A stretch of DNA of 64,000 bases, taken from positions 1 through 64,000 of the forward strand of contig NIVC01003879.1 of assembly GCA_002269645.1 (NCBI GenBank), in the 5' to 3' direction. The first letter of the stretch is position 1, and each line of letters begins with the position of its first letter. Positions 50,452-62,535 of this stretch are shown in pieces. The stretch comes from Macrostomum lignano (Eukaryota). The notes under the pieces are model-generated. The model was not told the origin of the DNA, did no database searches, and saw only the letters and a program-made list of their open reading frames with translations. Position numbers and translations under genes: made by a program.

Positions 50452-50782
50452 GCTAGCCCTAGAAGACTGGATCAATTGGTATTGACTCCGCCCATAGTAG
50501 CCTAATAGTAGCCTCTAATTCCACGTCTTGCTTTTTTGCTTCTGCTGGCTATTTTTGTTAAAATATGTTTTTGAAGCTTGTAATTTAAATTGCTACTAGA
50601 GTAAAATATATATAGGCATAGAAAATACACTACTCTATAAGTAGTAGGCTTTGATTTTGATTTTCTTTTTTTTTCCTTTTTTCAGATAATTTTTCCTTCT
50701 TTTGTCAACTTTTTATCATAAGTATTAAAAAATTTAAAAACTTAAAAATTTAATAAATTATCTAAATTTCAGTCAAGAATAA

Positions 50783-53700
50783 ATGGCAGTTTTGTGCGAA
50801 TTTGAGCTGCAAATAATTGGCAAGTTCAATGAAGCGGCAACATCAAAGGGAAGCGATGGAGATGGACCTGACTGTCCGGAGAATTCTACATTCTTGGATG
50901 AGTTAAGGGTGGAAATTTGCGAAAAGTAAGGAAATTCTTCTTCATTCTTCATTAATCTTTTAATGGAGTAGCGGGACCCGCTGAAGGATCGAGGAGGGTG
51001 TCGGGACCCGCTGAAGGATCGAGGAGGGTGTCGGGACCCGCTGAAGGATCGAGGAGGGTGTCGGGACCCGCTGAAGGATCGAGGAGGGTGTCGGGACCCG
51101 CTGAAGGATCGAGGAGGGTGTCGGGACCCGCTGAAGGATCGAGGAGGGTGTCGGGACCCGCTGAAAGATCAGGGAGGGGTAGCATTGACCCACTGACGGA
51201 TCAGGGAGGGGTAGCATTGACCCACTGACGGATCAGGGAGGGGTAGCATTGACCCACGGATCAGGAAGGGGTAGCATTGACCCACTGACGGATCGGGTAG
51301 CATTGACCCACTGACGGATCAGGAAGGGGTAGCATTGACCCACTGACGGATCAGGAAGGGGTAGCATTGACCCACTGACGGATCAGGAAGGGGTAGCATT
51401 GACCCACTGACGGATCAGGAAGGGGTAGCATTGACCCACTGACGGATCAGGAAGGGGTAGCATTGACCCACTGACGGATCGGGTAGCATTGACCCACTGA
51501 CGGATCAGGAAGGGGTAGCATTGACCCACTGACGGATCGGGTAGCATTGACCCACTGACGGATCAGGAAGGGGTAGCATTGACCCACTGACGGATCAGGA
51601 AGGGGTAGCATTGACCCACTGACGGATCAGGAAGGGGTAGCATTGACCCACTGACGGATCAGGAAGGGGTAGCATTGACCCACTGACGGATCAGGAAGGG
51701 GTAGCATTGACCCACTGACGGATCAGGAAGGGGTAGCATTGACCCACGGATCAGGAAGGGGTAGCATTGACCCACTGAAGGATCAGAGAGGGGGTAGCAT
51801 TGACCCACTGAAGGATCAGGGAGGGTGTGGTATTGACCCACTGAAGGATCAGGGAGGGGGTAGCATTGACCCACTGAAGGATCATGGAGGGGTAGCGGTG
51901 ACCCACTAAAGGATCAGGGGGGCAATAGCAGCTATTGTAGGAACTCAAAGATTTGCTCATACAAGTCGCTAATCGATAGTGCAAATACCTTTAATTTCCA
52001 TTATTTGCAGGCACGGCAGTGTAGAGAATTACCTGGACCATCTATTAGACAGCTACATCCAGAGCAACTACTTGGGTCCAGTCGCGTCTGAGGCGGCTTC
52101 TGACACGCCTGGTTCAGTCAATAAGAAGTGCCAGGCCTACCTTCAGTCAGTCTGCTCCGAGCCCGTATCTGTCAAGTCGAAGCATTTGCACTGTTTAGCT
52201 CTTGGCCAATTTATTGTCGACAGTCTGCTGCTGCCGGCATTTCAACCAATGCATTGCTTGTATTCGGCTAGGCTAATAAGCTTGCTGCAAGATATGTTAG
52301 AAGATAAAGCTCCGGCTCTTCATAAGCGTCTGATGAGTATCGTTGAGAATGGTGTTCAATTAGACGGTTAGTTGGTTTCAGTGGTGCAACTTGATCGAAT
52401 TTATTGCTCTTAGTTCAGCACACATCGAAATTTCCCTGTTGCTAGGGTAGCTCATAGCTAAACCGTTTGTTGTTTATTGTGGGGGCTGGCCCGTTGCTAG
52501 GCAGTTGTTAAAGTAACTGTTATGTTGTTGCTAGACAGTTGCTAAGGTAGTTTTCCGTTGCTAGACAGTTACTAAGGTAGCTGTTCCGTTGCTAGGCATT
52601 TACTGCCATAACTGTTCCGTTGCTAGACAGTTGCTAAGGTAGTTGTTGCGTTGCCAAACAGTTGCTAAGTTAACTGTTCCGTTGCTAGGCAGTTACTAAG
52701 GTAGCTTTTACGTTGATATGTATTTGTTTCGTTGCTAGGCAGTTACTAAGGAAGCTTTCAGTTACAGTTACAGTTTGTTCCTAAGCTGCCGATCTATGAC
52801 TAAACAGTTCGTTGCTAAGGAAGCTGATCCGTTGCTAAGCGTTTTGTTGCTAGATAAGCTATCCGGGTTTTGTGTTGCTACCTGGTTTCTTATGTTGCTA
52901 ACCCGCTTCTATGCAGCGTCTCATTTCTGTTGCTATGCGAGCTTTCGCTCGTCGCTAATCTAAAATTACTGCTCCATCATGCAGACCCAGACGACGATTT
53001 GACCAGCTCGCCAGAAGCTGTCGCCAAATTCGAACGCTACTTTGAGCATCAGCTCCTGCTAGCGCAACTCTGCTTAGCCTATTTCGAATCTCGTCATGCT
53101 ATTCGGATTGTGACCGAGTGTCAGGCCCGCCTGGGATTGACGGCCAGTCTGAGCGGGGCTGCCGGAGTTCGAACTCGATTTCAGCAGACCAGCCACGCCC
53201 AGCTGTACCTGTCTATCGATGCCAGGCATGCCGGACTGCGGGATTATCAAGCTGAGCTGGAGACCTCTGGATCCCAGCTTCCCAGAGATGTTGCCCCTAC
53301 AGATGACACTTTGTTGCCGACAGTGAAATTCTCTGAGACCGATTCGGACGCCGAGTTGGCTAGATTAGCCGCCTCTAATCTGTCGCCAGTTGAGCAGGTC
53401 TGCCTGTTGGCCGCTTCGGACTGTCACAGGCGAAGTCGCGCTTCTGACGGCATTATCGAAGAGGAATTATTGGCCTACGCTAATGCCCTGTTGATTAGGC
53501 CAACTAGTTGGTCTGCGACTGCTGCGGCCTTGCTGCGAAGGAGTCGCATTGAACTGGGACTGCTGGGTGAGCCATTACCTTCGGGATTCATCTCGAAGCC
53601 TTTAGAGATTCCAATTCCAAAATCCCAGTGGGGAGAAATTGCGTTTAAAGATTCTAATTCCAAAATCCCAATGGGGAGAAATCTCATTTAAAAATCCCAA

Positions 53701-56700
53701 TGGGAAGAAATCTCATTTAAAAATCTCAATTCCAAAATTCCCATTGTGAGAAATCGCCTTTAAAAATCCCAATTCCAAAATTCCCATTGTAAGAAATCGC
53801 CTTTAAAAATCCCAATTCAAATTAATATTGAGAGAAATCTCATTTAAAAATCCCAATTCCAAAATCCCAAGGGGAGAAATCTCATTTAAAAATCCCAATT
53901 CCAAAATTCCTATTGGGAGAAATCGCCTTTAAAAATCCCAATTCCAAAATTCCCATTGGGAGAAATCACCTTTAAAAATCCCAATTCCAAAATTCCCATT
54001 GGGAGAAATCGCCTTTAAAAATCCCAATTCCAAAATTCCCATTGGGAGAAATCGCCTTTAAAAATCCCAATTCCAAAATCCCAATGGGGAGAAATCTCAT
54101 TTAAAAAATCAAAATCCAAAATCCCAATGGGGAGAAATCTCATTTAAAAATATCCCAATTCCAAAATTCCCATTGGGAGAAATCGCCTTTAAAAATCCCA
54201 ATTCCAAAATCCCAATGGGGAGAAATCTCATGTAAAAATCCCAAATCTAAAAACCCAAAGAAACTATGGAATATAAAATGAATGTCAACTTAAACTCCGC
54301 AGGCGGATCCGGTGGCAGCGGTGGCGCTTCATCTCGCCGTCTGGAGCGCGCCCTGCACCAGCTGGAGGAGCTGTCCAATCAGCTGGCAAAGCCCGACCCG
54401 GAATTCTACCCGTTTAGGCGTAGATTATTTTTTGCTTGCAGCCTGCCGCCAGTCTGGCGACTTCAGCTGGATTTAGCTGACGCACTGGTAGCTGTTGGAG
54501 CCGTGAGCTCAGCCTTGGATATCTATCTGCGCTGGGATAGCTATTCTCAAATTATTGCCTGCTATCAGAAATTGGACAAGCCCGCTTTAGCGGAGAAGAT
54601 TATTAGAGATCGATTGGCTGAGTCTGAGACGCCCGAGCTGTACTGCGCGCTTGCCGAGGTTACAAGGTGAGAGGGAGACGTTTTTTGAGAACGGTATGAC
54701 CGATGCAGGATCAAGGATAGTGTCCAGCGTCAAGAATCTGACATTAAAGTGTTCCCAATCTATTAGGTGCCATTTCCAATCTATTTAGTGCCATTTCCGA
54801 TCTTTTAGGTGCCATTTCCTATCTATTAGGGTGCCATTTTCTATCTATTAGGGTGCCATTTCCAATCTATTAGGTGCTATTTCCAATCTATTTAGTGCCA
54901 TTTCCGATCTTTTAGGTGCCATTTCCTATCTATTAGGTGCCATTTCCTATCTATTAGGGTGCCATTTCCTATCTATTAGGGTGCCATTTCCTATCTATTA
55001 GGTGCCATTTCCAATCTATTTGGTGCCATTTCCGATCTATTAGGGTGCATACATGCGCAACCTCTGAAATTCGGTCGGCCATGCGACTTAGTTTTAACAA
55101 AAATGCGACGTAGTTTTTGGCCAAAAATGCGACTTACATGTAAAAAAACCATAAAGCAAAATTAACGCAACTTTGGGTAAACGGCAGGAGTAACTATGAC
55201 TGTCTTATTAAGCCAATATGCCTCGTCAGCTACTTAGTACTACTACCTGATTATTTTTTCGGGTGGGCATTTTTGCGACTTCCTTGGTTGGCCGCCAAAT
55301 CGGTCGGCCGGATCGGCCGACTCGGCCGACTGTTGCGCATGTATGTTAGGGTGCCATTTCCAATCTATTTGGTGCCATTTCCGATCTATTAGGCTGCCAT
55401 TTCCAATCTATTTGGTGCCATTTCCGATCTATTAGGCTGCCATTTCCAATCTATTTGGTGCCATTTCCTATCTATTAGGGTGCCATTTTCTATCTATTAG
55501 GGTGCCATTTCCAATCTATTAGGTGCCATTTCCAATCTATTTAGTGCCATTTCCGATCTTTTAGGTGCCATTTCCTATCTATTAGGGTGCCATTTCCTAT
55601 CTATTAGGGTGCCATTTCCAATCTATTTGGTGCCATTTCCTATCTATTAGGGTGCCATTTCCAATCTATTTGGTGCCATTTCCGATCTATTAGGGTGCCA
55701 TTTCCAATCTATTTGGTGCCATTTCGATCTTTTAGGTGTCATTTCCGATCCATTATATTAGGATGCCGATTCTGATCTATTAGGGTGCCATTTCCGATAT
55801 ATTAGGTGCCATTTCCGATCCAGAGGTTCCATAGAGACATTGTTACTCACCCCCATGCCACTCCCACTGTCAGAGACTGGAACCACCTGCACACTGCCTG
55901 GCGCCTATCCAACGGTCGATGCGCTCGTGCCGCTCGTTCCCTAGGCTACGTTGCCATGGTAGCCGGGCAATACGCCGAAGCTATGCGCCAGTTCGAGCTG
56001 GCACTAGCCGCCAATCACCTGCAGCCGAAGGCCTGGTTCACCTACGGCTGCTGCTGTTTGCAAGCTGGCGAAATTGAAAAAGCCGAGCTTGCATTCCGCC
56101 GCTCCGCTCAACTGGAACCGGACAACTACGAGGCCTGGACCAATTTGGGCACCGCTATGGTTCGTCGGGGCAATAAAATTGGCGCCTGTTCGGCGCTCCG
56201 CGAAGCGCTCAAATCTAATTGGGAACAATGGCGCGTCTGGGATAATTATCTGGCTGTATGCGCCGATACTGGTCAGTTTAATGAGGCCATGCGAGCTTAT
56301 CATCGATTATTGGAACTGCGGCCCAAATATTGGGATCCTCACTCTGCCGGGGTGCTCATTCGGGCAGCTTCTTCTGATGAGGAACTGATTGAGGATTCCG
56401 CTGCAAGGGAAGACCTGCGCAGGCGCCTGTTGACTCTGTTTGCTCGGGTGGCTGCGCAGTCCAGCGGCGATGCAGAGTTCTGGTGGCTGTACGCTAAGCT
56501 GCTGAGTCTGACTGAAGAGGGAGAGACAGGTGAGTGACTGGGGGTGAGACTGCTTTGACATGTGAGTCAGGTAGCTGATAGAGTGAGAGTCAGGTAGCTG
56601 ATAGAGTGAGAGTCAGGTGGCTGATAAAGTGAGAGTCAGGTAGCTGATAGAGTGAGAGTCAGGTAGCTTATAAAGTGAGAGTCAGGTAGCTGATAGAGTG

Positions 56701-58325
56701 AGAGTCAGGTAGCTGATAGAGTGAGAGTCAGGTTGCTGATAGAGTGAGAGTCAGGTAGCTGATAGAGTGAGAGTCAGGTAGCTGATAGAGTGAGAGTCAG
56801 GTTGCTGATAGAGTGAGAGTCAGGTTGCTGATAGAGTGAGAGTCAGGTAGCTGATAGAGTGAGAGTCAGGTAGCTGATAGAGTGAGAGTCAGGTAGCTGA
56901 TAGAGTGAGAGTCAGGTAGCTGATAGAGTGAGAGTCAGGTAGCTGATAGAGTGAGAGTCAGGTTGCTGATAGAGTGAGAGTCAGGTAGCTGATAGAGTGA
57001 GAGTCAGGTAGCTGATAGAGTGAGAGTCAGGTAGCTGATAGAGTGAGAGTCAGGTAGCTGATAAAGTGAGAGTCAGGTAGCTGATAGAGTGAGAGTCAGG
57101 TAGCTGATAAAGTGAGAGTCAGGTAGCTGATAGAGTGAGAGTCAGGTAGCTGATAAAGTGAGAGTCAGGTTGCTGATAGAGTGAGAGTCAGGTAGCTGAT
57201 AGAGTGAGAGTCAGGTAGCTGATAGAGTGAGAGTCAGGTTGCTGATAGAGTGAGAGTCAGGTTGCTGATACAGTGAGAGTCAGGTTGCTGATAGAGTGAG
57301 AGTCAGGTAGCTAGTGAATGATATGTGAGCTGAGAGTCAGGTAGCTGATAGAGTGAAAGTCAGGTAGCTAGTGAATGAGATGTGAGGAGAGAGTTAGGTA
57401 GCGGATAGAGTGAGAGTCAGGTAGCTGATAGAGTGAGAGTCAGGTAGCTAGTGAATGAGATATGAAGAGGTGAGAATCAGGTAGCGGATAGAGTGAGAGT
57501 CAGGTAGCTGATAGAGTGAGAGTCAGGTAGTAGAGTGAAAGTCAGGTAGCTGATAGAGTGAGAGTCAAGTAGCTAGTGAATGAGATGTGAGGTGAGAGTC
57601 AGGTAGCTAGTGAATGAGATGTGAGGTGAGAGTCAGGTAGCTAGTGAATGAATGAGATGTGAGGTGAGAGTCAGGTAGCTAGTGAATGAGATGTGAGGTG
57701 AGAGTCAGGTAGCTAGTGAATGAGATGTGAGGTGAGAGTCAGGTAGCTAGTGAATGAGATGTGAGGTGAGAGTCAGGTAGCTAGTGAATGAGATGTGAGG
57801 TGAGAGTCAGGTAGCTAGTGAATGAGATGTGAGGTGAGAGTCAGGTAGCTAGTGAATGAGATGTGAGGTGAGAGTCGGGTAGCTAGTGAATGAGTGAAGT
57901 GAGAGTCAGGTAGCTAGTGAATGAGTGAGGTGAGAGTCAGGTAGCTAGTGGGTGAGATGTGAGAGTCAGGTTGATCCACCCCATCATCATCAGGCAAGGC
58001 CAGTCTGAACGCGGAGTTAAAAGGCCGCATCCTGCAGACGCTGCAGAAGTGCCACCGCTGCGACACTCAACAGTCAGATTGGTTCAAGTCCTCAGCCGAC
58101 AATCGAGACAGGGTGCTCAATAGGGCGGCCGATATTGCTCAGAGGTATTTGGATTTTGCCGAAGACTGCCCGCAGAGTCTGCTGTCGGCCAGGCTGATGC
58201 TTACCGGCCTGCTGGCTCGCCGGCTGGAAGATGGGCCGCCCATGCCGCCGCCTCCGGCTGAGCTGATGCAGCGTCTGCGAGAGCAACTGGAGTCGATCAA
58301 TTCGCTATTGAAGCCGGCGGTTTAA
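50783..58325 (+). CDS. TTC27: Tetratricopeptide repeat protein 27; exons 50783-50925, 52011-52366, (52419-52446 micro-exon), 52917-53566, 54303-54666, 55874-56529, 57994-58325
   Basis: RTRFQQ, ALLRRSRIE, RRLERAL, ETPELYCAL, ARAARSLG, WFTYGC, LEPDNYEAWTNL, WRVWDNY, GQFNEAMRAYHRLLELRPKY follow the TTC27/Emw1 pattern; junctions are phase-compatible if the micro-exon is included. Confidence 0.9.
50970..51920. repeat. Two related minisatellites (30 bp, then 32 bp) in TTC27 intron 1
   Basis: TCGGGACCCGCTGAAGGATCGAGGAGGGTG changing to GGGTAGCATTGACCCACTGACGGATCAGGAAG. Confidence 0.95.
52450..52900. repeat. Degenerate GTTGCTAG-core repeat in a TTC27 intron
   Basis: Recurring CCGTTGCTAGRCAGTTRCTAAGGTAG. 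Confidence 0.75.
53600..54245. repeat. About 43-bp minisatellite in a TTC27 intron
   Basis: AAAAATCCCAATTCCAAAATTCCCATTGGGAGAAATCGCCTTT units. Confidence 0.92.
54760..55810. repeat. 22-bp minisatellite GTGCCATTTCCAATCTATTAGG in a TTC27 intron, interrupted by a MITE
   Basis: Direct reading. Confidence 0.93.
55048..55345 (-). mobile_element. hAT-type MITE, family B, second copy
   Basis: Same 14-bp TIR as 16301-16598, reverse orientation; 8-bp TSD TTAGGGTG. Confidence 0.93.
56570..57970. repeat. 23-bp then 34-bp minisatellite in the last TTC27 intron
   Basis: AGTGAGAGTCAGGTAGCTGATAG changing to GTGAGAGTCAGGTAGCTAGTGAATGAGATGTGAG. Confidence 0.96.
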
Positions 58326-58344
58326 GACTAAATATTGGCGGAGC

Positions 58345-58768
58345 CATTTCCAATCTATTAGGGTGCCATTTCCAATCTATTAGGGTGCCATTTCCAATCT
58401 ATTAGGGTGCCATTTCCAATCTATTAGGGTGCCATTTCCAATCTATTAGGGTGCCATTTCCAATCTATTAGGGTGCCATTTCCAATCTATTAGGGTGCCA
58501 TTTCCAATCTATTAGGGTGCCATTTCCGATCTATTAGGGTGCCATTTCCAATCTATTAGGGTGCCATTTCCAATCTATTAGGGTGCCATTTCCAATCTAT
58601 TAGGGTGCCATTTCCAATCTATTAGGGTGCCATTTCCAATCTATTAGGGTGCCATTTCCGATCTATTAGGGTGCCATTTCCAATCTATTAGGGTGCCATT
58701 TCCAATCTATTAGGGTGCCATTTCCAATCTATTAGGGTGCCATTTCCGATCTATTAGGGTGCCATTTT
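58345..58768. repeat. 22-bp minisatellite immediately after the TTC27 stop codon
   Basis: Same unit as 54760-55810 but more homogeneous. Confidence 0.95.
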
Positions 58769-59389
58769 AGAAACCTTATGTGCCATCTGAGGTGATAAAA
58801 AAATAATAATGCCCTTTTCTAAATCCGTATTAGACGAAATCCCTTAATTGCCTTTTAAATGTGACGTGTGATCTTAAAATAAAAATGGCAATAAATATCT
58901 ATTCGAAAAAACAGTGTCCCTCTTTCCAAAATGAGTGATTCTATTTAAATTAGCATTTTTGTCCGATCATGCGCTACTTTGCAATGGCTGCTTAAGTTTG
59001 TCTATGTTTCTACTTTTAGTAGTTTACTATGAGCGCGTAGCTTACACTGTACCTTTGACTTTATTGCCTATTTTAAGACACTGAAACTGCCTTTAAAGTT
59101 AAATAGTTATAAACAAGATTTGGAGTGAAAATATTTTTTACAGAATTACTCAGAATTGTCTGTCTCTTTTGTTTTTAATTTTTGCTAAAAATGTTATGAT
59201 TTAAACCGGGAATCAGTACTTGTTTTAGTCGATTAAGTAGTATTTCACCTGTCCCATTGTGTCTGCTATATTTTATTAATAAAATATATATTACTAAGCC
59301 CTGGAATAATTCACCATTCCTTTATCTGGTTCACAATTAACTTAACACTGCTCATTGATTCGTTCAAATCGGTCAACTTTCACTGACAT

Positions 59390-59730
59390 AGTTCACCATT
59401 AGTTCACTGATTCACTTCCCTTCACAATTCACTCGTTAAATTTTCACCGATTCACTCACTTTATTTTACCGATTCACACACTTAGTTCACCGATTCACAC
59501 GCTTAGTTCACCGATTCACACACTTAGTTCACCGATTCACACGCTTAGTTCACCAATTCACACGCTTCGTTCACCGATTCACACGCTTAGTTCACCGATT
59601 CACACGCTTCGTTCACCGATTCACTCACTTAGTTCACCGATTCACATACTTTGTTTAACGATTCACACACCTCGTTAGCTATTCACTCAGTTCACCAATT
59701 CACTCATATAGTTCACCAATTCACCCACAT
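59390..59730. repeat. 21-bp minisatellite upstream of the RPS17 acceptor
   Basis: TTCACCGATTCACACGCTTAG units. Confidence 0.88.
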
Positions 59731-59777
59731 GATTCACCATTCCAGCCGCTAAGTCCCCATCGTGAACAACCGTAGCC

Positions 59778-60923
59778 ATGGGTCGAGTCCGCACCAAAAC
59801 TGTGAAGAAGGCCGCCCGGGTGATCATCGAGAAGTACTACACCAGGCTGGGCAACGATTTCCACATCAACAAGCGCGTCTGCGAAGAGGTCGCCATCATC
59901 CCGTCCAAGGCGTTGCGCAACAAAATTGCCGGCTTCCTCACCCACCTGATGAAGCGAATCCAGCGCGGCCCGGTGCGCGGCATCTCCATCCGTCTGCAGG
60001 AGGAGGAGCGCGAACGGCGGGACAACTACGTGCCCGAGGTGTCCGCTCTCGACGCCGAACAGCTGGAAGTTGATCCTGTCACCAGCCAGATGCTGCGGGC
60101 GATGGAGCTGAGCGTTGAGGTGCTCACTTATTTATGGCATTCACGCTGCCTGCATCTCGCTTTCCTGTGTCTGTTGGTGGCACTCAAGTCTCCCCCTCCC
60201 ACCGTGTCACTGTCCACGTCTCGGAAATCCGGGGACTACTTCACCTCTTTCTGCTGTTCTCTTTGTGTCACCTCCCACTTTCCCTCTCTCCCTCTCACTT
60301 TCCTCTCCTCACATTCCTCTCCTCTGCCTCTCCTCTCACTCTCACTCTCCTCTCTCTCACTCTCCCTCTCCCTCTCCTCACCCCCTCACTCCCTCTTCCT
60401 CTCCTCTCACTCTCCCTCTCACTCCCTCTCCCTCTCCTCTCACTCTCCTTTCGCTCTCCCTCTCACTCCCCTCTTCCTCTCCTCTCAATCTCCCCCTCAC
60501 TCTCCCTCTCCTCTTCCTCTCTTCTCCCTCTCCTCTTCCTCTCCTCTCACTCCCCTCTTCCTCTCCTCTCACTCCCTCTCCCTCTCTTCTCACTCTCCCT
60601 CTAGCTCACTCCCTCTCCCTCTCCTCTCACTCTCCTCTCACTCTCCCTCTCCTCTTCCTCTCTTCTCCCTCTCCTCTTTCTCTCCTCTGACTCCCCTCTT
60701 CCTCTCCTCTCACTTTCCCTCTCACTCCCTCTCCCTCTCTTATCCTTCTCTCTCCCTCTATCTTCTCACTCTCCGTCCCCCTCTCACTCTCCCTGTTCTC
60801 TCCTTCCCCTCTCCTGTTTTTTTCCCACTCATCCCACTGATCTAGGAACGTCACTCCTTTGCTCAATTTGGTAATTCATAGTCTAAAATACATTCAAATT
60901 TTCAGGTGACTGAAATCCAATGA
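59778..60923 (+). CDS. RPS17: 40S ribosomal protein S17 (eS17); exons 59778-60119 and probably 60906-60923
   Basis: [21 protein letters not shown]...RNKIAG...[30 protein letters not shown]. The 3' exon (VTEIQ*) is inferred from TTTCAG|GTG after a CT-rich intron and is less certain. Confidence 0.93.
60250..60830. repeat. CT-rich low-complexity tract (RPS17 intron)
   Basis: Direct reading. Confidence 0.88.
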
Positions 60924-61504
60924 GCATTAATTAGAAGACCGACTGTGCGACGGTTTCCATGGAAACGACTGTACGACGAGCGAGTCAGGAATGTTATATA
61001 AAGAATTTGACGCTAATAACGTTATGTAACAATCTTAATTATATAGTTTGATTGGCTTGTTAGAGGAGTGCTTCTGTATCGGCTGATGGCTGTTAATGGA
61101 GCAAAATATCCTGAAATAGTTGAGATTTTTGTTTTTTTCCTTTGTTTAATACATATGCACTAATCAGATGGCGAAGCATGCCCAAATGAAGTTGCAGCGA
61201 TATTTACTCCCGCCGTTTACCCTGTCAGTCGCATGTAGCTACAAGAGTAGATCAGAGAGATCTGTCGAAACAGAAATGTAGCGTCTGTAAATATAGGTTA
61301 AACTATAGAAAATATATAATTTCTACGACTTTACTATCAGATGAGTATAGAACATTGAAGTCAGCTGTGCCGGGTGCCTTTTGATTTGCCTAGATAACAT
61401 CCCCTCTCCTCACCCACAATTAAAACTTAAAAAATTAGTAGAATCAAAATGTATGGCGATCTGTCAAGACTTCGTCATCTGGAATTACCAAGGCCAACTA
61501 GTAT

Positions 61505-62480
61505 ATCTATAAGTGTCCCTGGGGTAGCTACGTGTACCAAGGACGACTGGATAAAGTGTCCCTAGGGTAGCTACGTGTACTAAGGAAAACTAGATAAATA
61601 CTTCCCGGGGGTAGCTATATGAACCAAGGTCAACTAGATAAAGTGTCCCTGGGGTAGCTACGTGTACCAAGGACAACTGGATAAAGTGTCCCTGGGGTAG
61701 CTACGTGTACCAAGGACAACTGGATAAAATGTCCCTAGTGTAGCTACGTGTACCAAGGACAACTGGATAAAATGTCCCTAGTGTAGCTACGTGTACCAAG
61801 GACAACTGGATAAAATGTCCCTAGTGTAGCTACGTGTACCAAGGTCAACTAGATAAAGTGTCCCTGGGGTAGCTATATGTACCAAGGTCAACTAGATAAA
61901 GTGTCCCTGGGGTAGCTATATGAACCAAGGTCAACTAGATAAAGTGTCCCGGGGGTAGCTATATGAACCAAGGTCAACTAGATAAAGTGTCCCGGGGTAG
62001 CTACGTGTACCAAGATCAACTAGATAAAGTGTCCCTGGGGTAGCTACGTGTACCCAAGGTCAACTGGATAAAGTGTCCCTGGGGTAGCTACATGTACAGA
62101 ACAACTAGATAAAGTGTCCCTGGGGTAGCTACATGTACCAAGGTCAACTGGATAAAGGGTCCGTGGGGTAGCTACATGTACCAAGGTCAACTGGATAAAG
62201 TGTCCCGGGGGTAGCTATATGAACCAAGGACAACTAGATAAAGTGTCCCTAGGGTAGCTACATGTACCAAGGTCAACTATATAGTGTCCCTAGGGTAGCT
62301 TCGTGTACCAAGGTCAACTGGATAGTGTCCCTAGGGTAGCTACGTGTACCAAGATCAACTAGATAAAGTGTCCCTGGGGTAGCTACGTGTACCCAAGGTC
62401 AACTGGATAAAGTGTCCCTGGGTAGCTACATGTACCAAGGACAACTAGATAAATACTTCCCGGGGGTAGCTACATGTACA
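61505..62480. repeat. About 43-bp minisatellite
   Basis: GATAAAGTGTCCCTGGGGTAGCTACGTGTACCAAGGTCAACTA units. Confidence 0.95.
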
Positions 62481-62535
62481 TGTACCAAGGAAATGTACAC
62501 TGCGTGTCCATGTATTGCAGCCTAATTTTTACTAG

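Noticed and set aside
60120-60845. Long C-terminal extension of RPS17 (355-aa ORF)
   Set aside because: Read-through into a CT-rich intron; no eS17-like sequence
2084-62480. CRISPR-like arrays
   Set aside because: Repeats are head-to-tail without unique spacers, there are no cas genes, and the context is eukaryotic
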